From contig CM075992.1 in the NCBI GenBank assembly GCA_038087875.1, forward strand, positions 6,450,001 through 6,514,000: a stretch of 64,000 nt of DNA. Direction: 5' to 3'. Positions 11,290-22,020 of this stretch are shown here, piece after piece. The stretch's first letter is position 1. Each line of letters opens with the position of its first letter. This DNA comes from Malacoraja senta (Eukaryota). The translations under genes were made by a program, and so were the position numbers. A model generated the notes under the pieces. The model was not told the origin of the DNA and searched no databases. It saw nothing but the letters and a program-made list of their open reading frames with translations.

Positions 11290-14200
11290 TATTCCATTTT
11301 TTAATTTTTTTATTATTATTTTTTTTTTTATTATTATTTTTTTATTGGAAGCAATTGTACAAGGATAAATCGCTCGGCATCTACCATTATACAATTATTG
11401 TACAGCTTCATTTTTTTTCCTTCAAATTTTATCATAACGAACACACAGTAGACAGAAAACAAAAAACACCAATTAAAGAAACAAAAAAAACAAAAAAACT
11501 TTGATCTTGCACTCTGATTGATATTCTGGGGGGCAGCCAGAATATCAATCAGAGTGCAAGATCAAAGTTTGCTCAGATTAAAGACATAGCACAGCAGCAG
11601 AATAAACAGATCAGACAATTATGCCTCTTCAAGCAAAATCAAAAATGGTTTCCACACCTTCAAAAAATAATTTTGTAAATTCCCTTTGTTAAAACGAATC
11701 TGTTCCATCTTAGCAATAGAAAGCATTTCGTTGAGCCACCTCTTAAAACATGGGGAGAGTGGGGACTTCCAATTCAGTAATATTATTGTTTTAGCTGCAA
11801 CCATACCTGCTCTAAGAATCTGCTTCTGGTGGGAAGGAAGGGCCCTTGTATTGTCAGAGCAACCAAAAATAGCCAGATTACAATCAGGCGGAATATTTAT
11901 TCGACATTGTTTGGAAAGACAGTTAAATATGTCACTCCAGAAATTACTTAATACTGGACAGTGCCAAAATAAATGTGATAGTGATCCTTCTGCAGTACCA
12001 CGTCTGTCACACATGGAGGAAACCGATTCAAAAATCTTGTTAAGTTTGGTTTTAGAATAATGTAGTCTATGCAAGACTTTAAATTGAATTAATCTGTATC
12101 TAGAACTAATAGAGCAACTCTGTATACCGGACAAACCTTCCTCCCACAGTTCATTTGACACAGGAGTGCCCAATTCTGCAGCCCAGGCCTCCCTGAGATG
12201 ACCAACTTCAACTGGTGTCGTAAAGGCAGTGACAAAGCGGGAGATCAAGTGTTTAGAGTCAGGCTGTGAGAGAAGTAGATCATAAAGAATGTGACTTTTT
12301 GGTTTGACTATGAATTCTGGGATACGCTCCCGTACAAAATGCCTGACTTGAAGGTAGCGATAGAAGTGTTGTTGAGGAAGGCGATATTTAGTTTGGAGCT
12401 GAAAAAATGAGGCAAATTTATTATCTATGTAGAGATCATCAATACAACACAGCCCCTTCCCCCTCCAGTCCAGAAACACTCTATCCATCAGTGCCGGTTT
12501 GAACAAGTGATTGTGTACTATAGGGGTATACACTGAGATATTTACCAATCCAAATTTTTTTTTAATTTGATTCAGAATCCTTACGGATGAAGTTATGGTC
12601 AACTAATTTGTAGGGAACATGTGCTCTGAAAAAGAGCAACACTGGGAGAGAGGTCTCTGAAACAAACATGGATTCAATTTTTAGCCAGAGTGGGGAAACA
12701 TCAGACATCAGGAAAGCCCCACTGCCAGAAAGTGAGAGCCCTCGCATTTGCAGCCCAGTAGTAATGCTTCAGTACCGGAAGGCCGAGGCCACCCCTGTCC
12801 ACATTTTTCTGTAGGTGAGCTTTAGCAATGCGAGGGGATTTGTCTGCCCAGACAAATGAGAGTATAACCGAATCCAATTGTTTGAAAAAAGACAAAGGTA
12901 AGTAGACAGGAAGGTTTTGGAAAAGATACAAAAATCTTGGAAGTGCAACCATTTTAATAGCATTGATGCAACCAATCATTGAGAGGGGAAGCAGCTTCCA
13001 GCACCTAATGCTAGCTTTTAATTTGTCTACCATGTCCAAAAAATTCAATTTAAGTAGAAGTTTGGGGTTTCTGGAAATCTTCAGTCCAAGATAGGTAAAG
13101 TGGGTGGTAACTAATTTAAATGGCAAAGATTTCAAGAAAGCAGGGCTCAGATTATTCGTCAAGGGCATGAATTCACTTTTATCCCAGTTAATTGTATATC
13201 CTGACAGTTTACTAAATGACTTAATGTAGTTCAGAAGGTTGGGAACTGACACTACCGGATCAGATAAACAAATTAATAAATCATCTGCATATAGATTCAC
13301 AAGACTTTCAACATTACCAAATTTTACACCATGAATACCCGGGTGACCCCTGATTCCTATTGCAAGAGGTTCTAAAGCGATATCAAACAGCAGGGGAGAA
13401 AGGGATCACCCTGTCTCACACCGTGCTGCAGGTCAAAAGGTTGGGATTTTTCTGTGTTAGTCAGAATAGAAGATGCTGGATTTGAATAAATTATTTTAAT
13501 CCACTCTATAAAGTTCATCCCGAACCCAAACTGTTTTAACGTCTCTAGCATATAGGGCCATTCGATCTGATCGTAAGCCTTCTGAGCATCGAGAGATAGG
13601 ATGGCAGCTTGCGTATCCTTGTCATGAACCGAATATAATGTATTTAACAGCAGACGAACATTACTAAATGAGAATCTACCCGGTATAAATCCAGTCTGAT
13701 CAGGATGTACAATTTTTGAGATATGCTTACCCAATTTTGTGGACAGGACTTTAGTTATCATCTTCTGGTCACAGTTCAGAAGAGCGATTGGTCTGTAACT
13801 TGCAGGGTCAGTCTCTGCTTTTCCCTTTTTTAGGAGCTAGCAAACATTAGGCTTCATAGAGTGAGCTGGGGAGCCTCTTGTTTTTCACTGAATCATTCAC
13901 CATTCTTAACATGAGAGGGACTATTTTTCCATGAAACGCCTTATAGAATTCGCAGCCAAAGCCATCTGGGCCTGCTGCTTTTCCAGAGGGAAATGCTTGG
14001 ATAGCTTCCAGAAGGTCATCTACAGAAATCTGAGTGTCAATGTCATCTCTAGATGCTCCATCAAGTTGTGGAATATTTAGGTTAGTGAAAAAATTACAAA
14101 AATCTATTTCAGTGGGCTTTACTGGAATAAAGTTCTTTATAAAAGTCCCTGAAGCAAGCATTTATATGCTTCAGGTCAGTAACCAGTATACCTGATTTTA

Positions 14201-14310
14201 ATTTAATCCTATGAATGGCACGATTAGCTTGCTCACCTCTAAGTTGACTTGCTAATAATTTCTCTGGTTTATCACCGAGTTCAAAGTATTTCTGTTTGAG
14301 CTTTAGTATT
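11290..14310 (-). mobile_element. 5'-truncated, frameshifted L1-clade LINE (ORF2 RT region, 3' UTR, A-rich tail) in an RNF220-like intron
   Basis: Consecutive ORF pieces with GKAAGPDGF, HPDQTGFIPGR, SLDAQKAYD, GVRQGDP, LYADD, GGLGLP and a degenerate C-terminal zinc knuckle (HLFWHC); poly(A)-like tail near 11300-11345. Confidence 0.93.
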
Positions 14311-14560
14311 CCGTTTTTTTGAGGGGGGAAATCAAAAAAGAATCTAGTCTGGAGAAGAGTCTTGACCCGAAACGTCACCCATTCCTTCTCTACGGAGATG
14401 TCCCGCTGAGTTACTCCAGCATTTTGTGTCTATCTTTGGTTTAAACCATCATCTGCAGGTCCTTCCTGCACAAACAAAAATCTTGGCCAGCATGGATGAG
14501 ATGGGATGAAGGGCCTGTTTCCGTGCTGTGTAGCTCTGACATTTGCAAACCCACTCTCAG

Positions 14561-14678
14561 CAGGACAGCAAGCTCGGATGAGGATGAAGGGGTCACATCG
14601 GAAATCTTAAAGGCGAGAATCAGTGAGCTGACACACAGACTGTTGAGGAGGGAGAACTACAGGTGCCATGTGTGTATG
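14561..14678 (+). CDS. RNF220-like: RNF220-like exon G (SRTASSDEDEGVTSEILKARISELTHRLLRRENYRCHVCM), coiled coil and start of RING
   Basis: ctctcag|cag (NAGNAG, alternative start 14564) ... |gtaaga, phase 2/0. Matches RNF220 'EALKARVRELERQLSRGDRYKCLICM'. Confidence 0.92.
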
Positions 14679-15457
14679 GTAAGAGCAAAGGAGGACCCGG
14701 TGGGGGGGGGGGAAACTGTTGGAAGGGACGTGGGAGAGAACAAAAGGGGGACTCGGAGTAGCGGGACCGCCGTGAGGGGCGGTGGGGGAGAACAAAAGGG
14801 GGCCCAGCGCGGGATACTTTGTAACTGTCAGCGCCCTTTAGGTGACGAATATTTGCATACCTTGGGTGAGCAAGCAAAGAATTTCACTGTGACTTGCCAC
14901 ATGTATTGTGGTAGGCAGGTACAGGATACTGAGTTGGATGATCAGCCATGATCATATTGAATGGCGGTGCAGGCTCGAAGGGCCGAATGGCCTACTCCTG
15001 CACCTATTTTCTATGTTTCTATGTTTCTATGTATTCAATTCAATTCAATTCAAATGTCAGCACCTGATACCAGTTGTAACCAAACTAAATCCATCCATAG
15101 TCATTGTTGGTAGTTTATGGTCACGTGTACCGAGCTGCAGTGAAACACTTTTGTTGCACGCTAAACAGTCAGCGGAAAGACGATACATGATTACAACCGA
15201 GCCGTCCACAGTGTACAGATACAGGATAAAGGGAATAACATGAATAACGTTTAGTGCAAGACAAAGCAAGTAGAGTCCGATCAAAGACAGTCCGAGGGTT
15301 TCCAATGAGGTAGATAGTAGTTTAGGATTGCTCTCTGGTTGTTGGTAGGATGGTTCAGATGCAAAATAAAGAATTTCACTGTGACTTGTTAGATGTGACG
15401 ATAAATTCTTCATTCATTCATTCAAGAAGCCAAACCCACCAGTGTCAAATACTCCTG

Positions 15458-16045
15458 CTTAAGAAGGAACTGCAGATGCTGGAAAATCGAAGGTAGACCA
15501 AAATGCTGGAGAAACTCAGCGGGTGCAGCAGCGTCTATGGAGCGAAGGAAATAGGCAACGTTTCGGGCTGAAACCCTTCTTCAGACTGATGTGAGAGTGG
15601 GGGGGAGGGGAGGGGGTGGGGGCAGGAAGAAGAAAGGAAGAGGAGGGGCCAGTGGGCTGAGGGAGAGCTGAGAAGGGGAGGAGAAAGTAAGGACTACCTG
15701 AAATTAGAGAAGTCAATGTTCATACCGCTGGGTTGCAAACTGCCCAAGCGAAATATGAGGTGCTGCTCCTCCAATTTACAGTGGGCCTCACTCTGGCCAT
15801 GGAGGAGGCCCAGGACAGAAAGGTTGGATTGGGAACGGTAGGGGGAGTTGAAGTGCTGAGCCACCGGGAGATCAGGTTGGTTATTGCGAACCGAGCGGAG
15901 GTGTTGGGCGAAGCGATCGCCAAGCCTACGCTTGGTCTCACCGATGTAGAGCAGCTGACACCCGGAGCAGCGGATGCAATAGATGAGGTTGGATGAGGTG
16001 CAGGTGAACCTCTGCCGCACCCGGAAAGACTGCTTTGGTCCTTGA
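15458..16045 (-). mobile_element. Penelope-like element 3' fragment (GIY-YIG endonuclease plus hammerhead-bearing tail)
   Basis: ORF 15694-16020: FTCTSSNLIYCIRC...LYIGETKRRLGDRFAQH...VAQHFN...LEEQHLIFRLGSLQPSGMN. Confidence 0.9.
15557..15584 (-). ncRNA. Minimal hammerhead core downstream of the Penelope GIY-YIG ORF
   Basis: Minus strand CTGAAGA-A-GGGT(TTCA)GCCC-GAAACGTT, physically linked to the GIY-YIG ORF. Confidence 0.55.
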
Positions 16046-16162
16046 ATGGATACTCCTGTTCTGATTCACTCTCTCCTCCCCTGAAGGTGCAGACCATCAG
16101 TGAGATTTCTCCCTTCACTCACCCTGTTGGAGTCGGGGTGGTGAAGAAGGCATTTGGAACGG

Positions 16163-16548
16163 AGAGACACAAAAAGCTGGAGTAACTCAGCGGGTCAGGC
16201 TGCATCTCTGGAGAGAAGGAATAGGTGACGTTTGTGGTCGAGACCCTTCTTCAGACTGAGAGTCTGGGGAAAGGGGAACAAGAGATATAGATGGTGATAT
16301 AGAGAGATAGAGAACAAGTGAATGAAAGATATCCAAAAAAGTAACAATAATAAAGGTAACAGGCCATTGTTCAGAGTGGGCTAGGTGAAAACGTGTTTCA
16401 GACAATGAGACTCAACAAGATGACTGAAAGGAGGGGGAGGGACAGAGAGAGAGAGGGGATGCAAAGGTTACTTGAAGTTAGAGAAATCAGATTCATACCT
16501 CTGGGTTGTAAGCTGCCCAAGCGAAATATGAGTTGCTGTTCCTCCAAT
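16163..16548 (-). mobile_element. Penelope-like element 3' end, second subfamily
   Basis: Reverse strand reads LEEQQLIFRLGSLQPRGMN, then a UTR and a CTGAAGAAGGGTCTCGACC... tail. Confidence 0.75.
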
Positions 16549-16642
16549 CCAGCAACCGCATTCAAACCAGCATCTGCAGTTCATTCCTACTACAAGGCAT
16601 TTGGCACATTTAGTTTAGTGAAGTTTAGTTTAGATTAGTTTA

Positions 16643-16990
16643 GTGGCATCAGTGTTCGGCTGGCAACCGGAAGGTAGCCGGTTCGAATCCCGCTTGGAGT
16701 GCATACTGTCGTTGTGTCCTTGGGCAAGACACTTCACCCACCTTTGCCTGCGTGTGAATGCGTGTGAATGCGTGTGAATGTGTGTGAATGATTGGTGGTG
16801 GTCGGAGGGGCCGTAGGCGCAGATTAGCAGCCACGCTTCCGTCAGTCTGCCCCAGGGCAGCTGTGGCTACAGAAGTAGCTCACCACCACCGAGTGTGACT
16901 GAGGAGTGAATGAATAATGCGATGTAAAGCACCTTGAGTATTAGAAAGGCGCTATATAAATCCCATCCATTATTATTATTATTATTATTA
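16643..16990 (+). mobile_element. tRNA-derived CORE-type SINE with an L2-like tail (AFC-like)
   Basis: B-box GGTTCGAATCC; CORE-like GTGTCCTTGGGCAAGACACTT; GTCAGTCTGCCCCAGGGCAGCTGTGGCTAC; tail TGTAAAGCACCTTGAG...GAAAGGCGCTATATAAAT and (ATT)n. Confidence 0.75.
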
Positions 16991-17119
16991 TCAGTAAAAA
17001 TTGGAAATTGTCCCTAGTGTTGTCCCTAGGATAGTGCTTATGCACAGGGGATCACTGATAGGTGCGGACCCGGTGGGCCGAAGGGCCTGTTTCCATACTG
17101 TATGTTTAAACTTAAAGGG

Positions 17120-17405
17120 TGGCATGGTGGCGCAGCGGTAGAGTTGCTGCCTTATGGCTCCAGAGACCCAGGTTCGATCCTGACTGGACTGAATTTGTAC
17201 GTTCTCCCTGTGACCGCGTGGGTTTTCTCCGGGTGCTCCGGTTTCCTCCCGCACTCCAAAGATGTGCAGGTTTGTAGGTTAATTGGCTTTGGTAAAATTG
17301 TAAATGGTGTGTAAGACAGTGACAGTGTGCGGGGATCGCTGGTCGATGTGGACTTGGTGGGCTGAAGGGGCTGTTTCCGCCCTCTAACTCTAACGCCTAA
17401 ACTCT
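17120..17405 (+). mobile_element. HE1-like V-SINE
   Basis: TGGCGCAGCGG A-box, GGTTCGATCC B-box, V-domain and tail. Confidence 0.85.
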
Positions 17406-17974
17406 AACCGAGCTCTAAACCATTTAACTACAGTTCCACAGGACCAGAGGGGGATTAGTGGGAAACTTTATTGCCTAAACATTAATTAAACCTGTTCTGC
17501 CCACCCGCGTCATTTGGTAATAATTCGCTGATTTAAAAGCCTTACGGGCTCTGTCTTTGGGGAACGGCAAGCTGGAGCAGGCCTGGCTGGAGCACCAGAG
17601 CTGGCAGTTTCTGTTTTTGCTGGGAGGTCGGACGGAGGCAGTTTCGAGGAGTTCACCGTGTCAGCACGTTAGCACCAGGGATACGTCACCTCCCATTACG
17701 GTGACAGTCTGTGTTCCGATTACCACTCTGCCTGAGGCTGAGGCACGCCCAGAGCTGTTCCTTCTGACAAGAGTACACGCCAGTGCAAGCACGGACCAGC
17801 TCAACGTTTAAGAAACAGTTAGACAGGTACATGGATAGGACAGGTTTGGAGGGATATGGACCAAACGCTGGCAGGTGGGACAAGTGTAGCTGGGACATGT
17901 TGGCAAGTTGGGCCGAAGGGCCTGTTTCTGCTCTGTATGACTTCTGCTGTGTACATCTCTCTCCCTGTGTCCAG

Positions 17975-18049
17975 GCATCGTACTCAGTACCGCTGGCATC
18001 CATCCAGTGTTGGCACATTCACTGCGAGGAATGTTGGCTCCGCACCCTG
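17975..18049 (+). CDS. RNF220-like: RNF220-like exon H (ASYSVPLASIQCWHIHCEECWLRTL), RING core
   Basis: gtccag| ... |gtaagt, 75 nt, phase 0/0. Near-identical to RNF220 'DSYSMPLTSIQCWHVHCEECWLRTL'. Confidence 0.96.
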
Positions 18050-19108
18050 GTAAGTTCACTGCACGCCCACCCGTTGAGTACCTTTCACAACCTCCTCCAC
18101 CCTACATCTTCCACGCGAGGTATCCGGGAAGTCAACATCGGACGTGATTATTGATGAAAAGACACTAAGTGCCGGGCAGCATCTCTGGGGGACGTGGATA
18201 GGTGAAGTTTTGGTCGGAGATGAGGGGTTTGGAGGATGGGGGGAGAAATCTGGAAGAGAAGTGGGGGCTGGACAAAGCCTGGCGAGTGGTAGGTCCATCC
18301 TTGGTCTGGGCTGAGTCCACAACCCTCTGCAATGTCTCGCGGGACTTGGATGGAGCTGTTCCCAAACCATCCTCCAAATGTGGCCAAACCAAAGTCCTAT
18401 AGAGCTGCAGGTAGACAAAAATGCTGGAGAAACCCAGCGGGTGCAGCAGCATCTATGGAGCGAAGGAAATAGGCAACGTTTCCGGGCCCGAAACCCTTCT
18501 TCAGACTCAGAGAGGAAACAGCCTGTTTCCACACTGTAGAAGGGTTTCGGGCCCAAAACGTTGCCTATTTCCTTCGCTCCATAGATGCTGCTGCACCCGC
18601 TGAGTTTCTCCAGCATTTTTGTCTACCGTCGATTTTCCAGCATCTGAAGTTCCTTCTTAAACACTGTAGAGCTGCAGCATGACTTCCTGACTCTTATACA
18701 CTGTGTCCCGAGCGATGAAGGCAAGCATACAATATGCCATCTACTAGTGTTGCCATTTTCAGGGAGCGATGGACTTGGACCCTTACGTCCCTCTAGTCAT
18801 CGAAGTATGCCATAGATAGACACAAAATGCTGGAGTAACTCAGCGGGACAGACAGCGTCTCTGGAGAGGAGGAATGGATGATGTTTTGTGTCGAGACCCC
18901 CTTATTTTTGGTGCATGTGTATAATTTTTTTTTTTTTTTTTTTTTTTTTTCCTTTTGTTGTGATTCTATGCATTGTAAGGTGTCCTTGGGTTTTAGAAAG
19001 GCGCCAGTAAATAAAATGATTATTATTATTATTATTATAATTAGTGCGACTCGAACTTGAATTTGTTTCTATGTTTCCATCTTCAGTTCTGTGCTCTACC
19101 CCTTCCAG

Positions 19109-19180
19109 GGTTCGAAGAAGCTGTGCCCGCAGTGCAACGCCATCACGTCCCCCCATGATCTGCGGAGGATCTACCTGTAG
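19109..19180 (+). CDS. RNF220-like: RNF220-like last coding exon (GSKKLCPQCNAITSPHDLRRIYL*)
   Basis: ccttccag| acceptor, TAG at 19178-19180. Matches the RNF220 C-terminus 'GAKKLCPQCNTITAPGDLRRIYL'. Confidence 0.96.
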   Translation, partial: GSKKLCPQCNAITSPHDLRRIYL

Positions 19181-19664
19181 ATGGACTGCCCTACCGGATC
19201 AATGGCCACCAACTCGTTGCCCGAGGTTCCCATCCCCCCCTTCCTTCCTGAAGAACGGCCTCCACTAACCCAGGGGACCACGTGAAGCCTGCCCCTGGCA
19301 GATGGACCGAGACTCAGTGCGGGATGTACGCCCTCATCTGCTCCGTGACCACGATGAAAGAACGTATCTTCCAGTTTGAAGAAGGGTCCCAGTTCAGTTC
19401 AGTTTATTGTCACATGTACCGAGGTACAGTGAAAAGCTTTTGTTGTGCAAACTAACCAGTCAACGGAAAGCAACACATGATTACAATCGAGCCGTTTACA
19501 GTGTATAGATACATGATATGGGAATAATGTTTAGTGCAAGGTAAAGCCAGTAAAGTCCGATCAAAGATAGCCCGATGCAGACCAAAATACTGGAGAAACT
19601 CGGCGGGTGAGGCAGCATCAATGGTCCGAAGGATTAGGTGACGTTTCGGGTCAAGACCCTTCGT

Positions 19665-19692
19665 CTGAAGAAGGGTCTCGACCCGAAACGTC
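19665..19692 (+). ncRNA. Minimal type I hammerhead ribozyme core in a Penelope-derived repeat
   Basis: CTGAAGA-A-GGGT(CTCG)ACCC-GAAA-CG-TC: CUGAnGA box, stem II, GAAA box and GUC triplet. Confidence 0.65.
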
Positions 19693-20814
19693 ACCTATTC
19701 CTTCGCTCCATAGATGCTGCCTCACCCGCTGAGTTTCTCCAGCATGTTTGTCTACCTTCGATTTTTCCACCATCTGCAACTCTTTCTTAAAGATTGTCCG
19801 AGGGTTACCAAAGAGGTAGATAGTAGTTCAGGATAGCTCTCTAGTTGGTGAGAGGATGGTTCAGTTGCCCGATAACAGTTGGGAAGAAACTGTCCCTGAA
19901 TCTGGAGGTGTGCGTTTTCACTTTTCTGTACCTCTTGCCTGATGGGAGAGGGGAGAAGAGGGAGTGGCCAGGGCGCGACTGGTTCTTGATGATGCTGCTG
20001 GCCTTGCCGAGGCAGCGTGAGGTGTAGATGGAGTCAATGGAAGGGAGGTTGGTTTGTGTGAAGGTCTGGGATGATCAACCTGAAACATCATCTCTCCATC
20101 TTCTCCAGCAATGCTGCCTGATTCGTTGAGTTACTCCAGTTTTGTGTAAATCAGCATCTACGGTGCCTTGTCTCCCCTCTATATCGTCCAATTCTCTGGT
20201 TTTATTGAGTGAAAGAAACAGGCCCTTCGGCCCACCGAGTCCACGCCGACCTTCGATCGCCCGTTCCCACTAGTTCTATGTTATCCCACTTTCTCATCCA
20301 CTCCCTACACACTAGGTGGCAATTAATCCACAAACCCGTACGTCTTTGGGATGCGGGAGGAAACCAGAGCACCCAGAGGAAACCCAGGCGGTCACAGGGA
20401 GAGCGTGCAAACTCCACACAAGGTGAGGATGGAACTTGGGTCTCTGGCATTGAGAGGCAGCGGCAATGCCTGCTGCACCACGCTGCCATTTTGTCCAGCA
20501 TCTCCTGAGTTTTGCTCTTAGATCGAGGACCTGAGGGTTCCTCACCCTTGGGTCCGGTCCATGGGGTGTGACAGGTGGGAACTTGGTCCCACACCATCTA
20601 TTGAGGGGCTTGCTCCAACCCTGTACCAGCGACCCACTTTGTGAGGGTCTGCGGGGGACGCCCCCCCCCCCCTTCACCCCCTCCCCATCCCCTTCTCTCT
20701 CCAAACCGTTGGAGATGATGGGGGAGATCCAATCCAGGACAATCCACTGGGCCTCTCCATAGGGTATTTACAGATGGGCAGCACTCGCTGATCCTGTTGT
20801 CCATCTGTGAGGGG

Positions 20815-21125
20815 CGGTCACGGTGACACAGCAGTAGAGTTGCTGCCTTACAGCACCAGAGACCCGGGTTCAATCCCGACTACGGGTGCTGTCTCTATGG
20901 AGTTTGTATGTCCTCCCCGTGACTGCGTGGGTTTTCTCCAAGATCTCCGGTTTCCTCCCGCACTCCAATGACGTGCAGCTTTGTAGGTTAATTGGCTTGG
21001 TAAATGTAAAAATTGTCCCTAGTGGGTGTAGGATAGTGTTAATGTGCGGGGATCGCTGGTCGGCGCAGACCCGGTGGGCCGAAGGGCCTGTTTCTGCGCT
21101 GTATCTCAAAACTAAACTAAACTAA
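20815..21125 (+). mobile_element. HE1-like tRNA-derived V-SINE (representative of many copies)
   Basis: tRNA head with A/B boxes, V-domain TGGGTTTTCTCC...CTCCGGTTTCCTCCC, CR1-like tail GGGCCGAAGGGCCTGTTTC and (TAAAC)n. Confidence 0.88.
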
Positions 21126-21256
21126 ATACTGAGACCCAGTAAAATGAATAAGAAGTACTCAACAAAGGATGCAACTTGCTGGAGTAACTCAGCGGGTCAG
21201 GCAGCATCTCTGGAGAACATGGGTACGTGACGTTTTGGGTCGGGACCCTTCCTCAG

Positions 21257-21257
<1 letters not shown>

Positions 21258-21294
<37 letters not shown>

Positions 21295-21305
21295 TGTGTG
21301 TGTGT

Positions 21306-21356
<51 letters not shown>

Positions 21357-21439
21357 TGTGTGTGTGTGTTTGTGTGTGAGTGTGTGTGTGTGTGTGTGAG
21401 TGTGTGTGTCAGTGTGTGTGTGTGTGTGTGAGTGTGTGT

Positions 21440-21483
<44 letters not shown>

Positions 21484-21869
21484 CAGTGTGTGTGTGTGTG
21501 TGCGAGTGTGTATGTGTGTGTGAGTGTGTATGAGTGTGTGTGTGTGTGTGCGTGCGTGCGAGTGTGTGTGTCAGTGTGTGTGTGTGCGTGCGAGTGTGTG
21601 TGTGTGTGTGTGTGAGTGCGTGTGTGAGTGTGAGTGCGTGTGCGTGTGTGAGTGTGTGTCAGTGTGTGTGTGTGTGTGTGCGTGCGAGTGTGTGTGTGTG
21701 TGTGTGTGTGTATTGTGTGTGTGCGTGCGAGTGTGTGTGTGTGAGTGTGTGCCAGTGTGTGTGTGTGTGTGTGAGTGTGTGTGTCAGTGTGTGTGTGTGT
21801 GTGTGTGTGCGTGCGAGTGCGTGTGTGTGTGTGTGCGTGCGTGTGTGTGTGTGTGTGTGTGTGTGCGTG

Positions 21870-21907
<38 letters not shown>

Positions 21908-21935
21908 CGTGCGTGCGTGTGTGTGTGTGTGCGTG

Positions 21936-22019
<84 letters not shown>

Positions 22020-22020
22020 T
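21258..22020. repeat. (TG)n microsatellite
   Basis: Seen directly in the sequence. Confidence 0.97.

Noticed and set aside
11290..14320. L1 target-site duplication TATTCC(A/G)TTTTTT at both ends
   Set aside because: Low complexity and imperfect, so plausible but not supportable by eye.
11619..14378. Functional or domesticated reverse transcriptase gene
   Set aside because: Split into at least five frames, endonuclease absent, and zinc knuckle degenerate.
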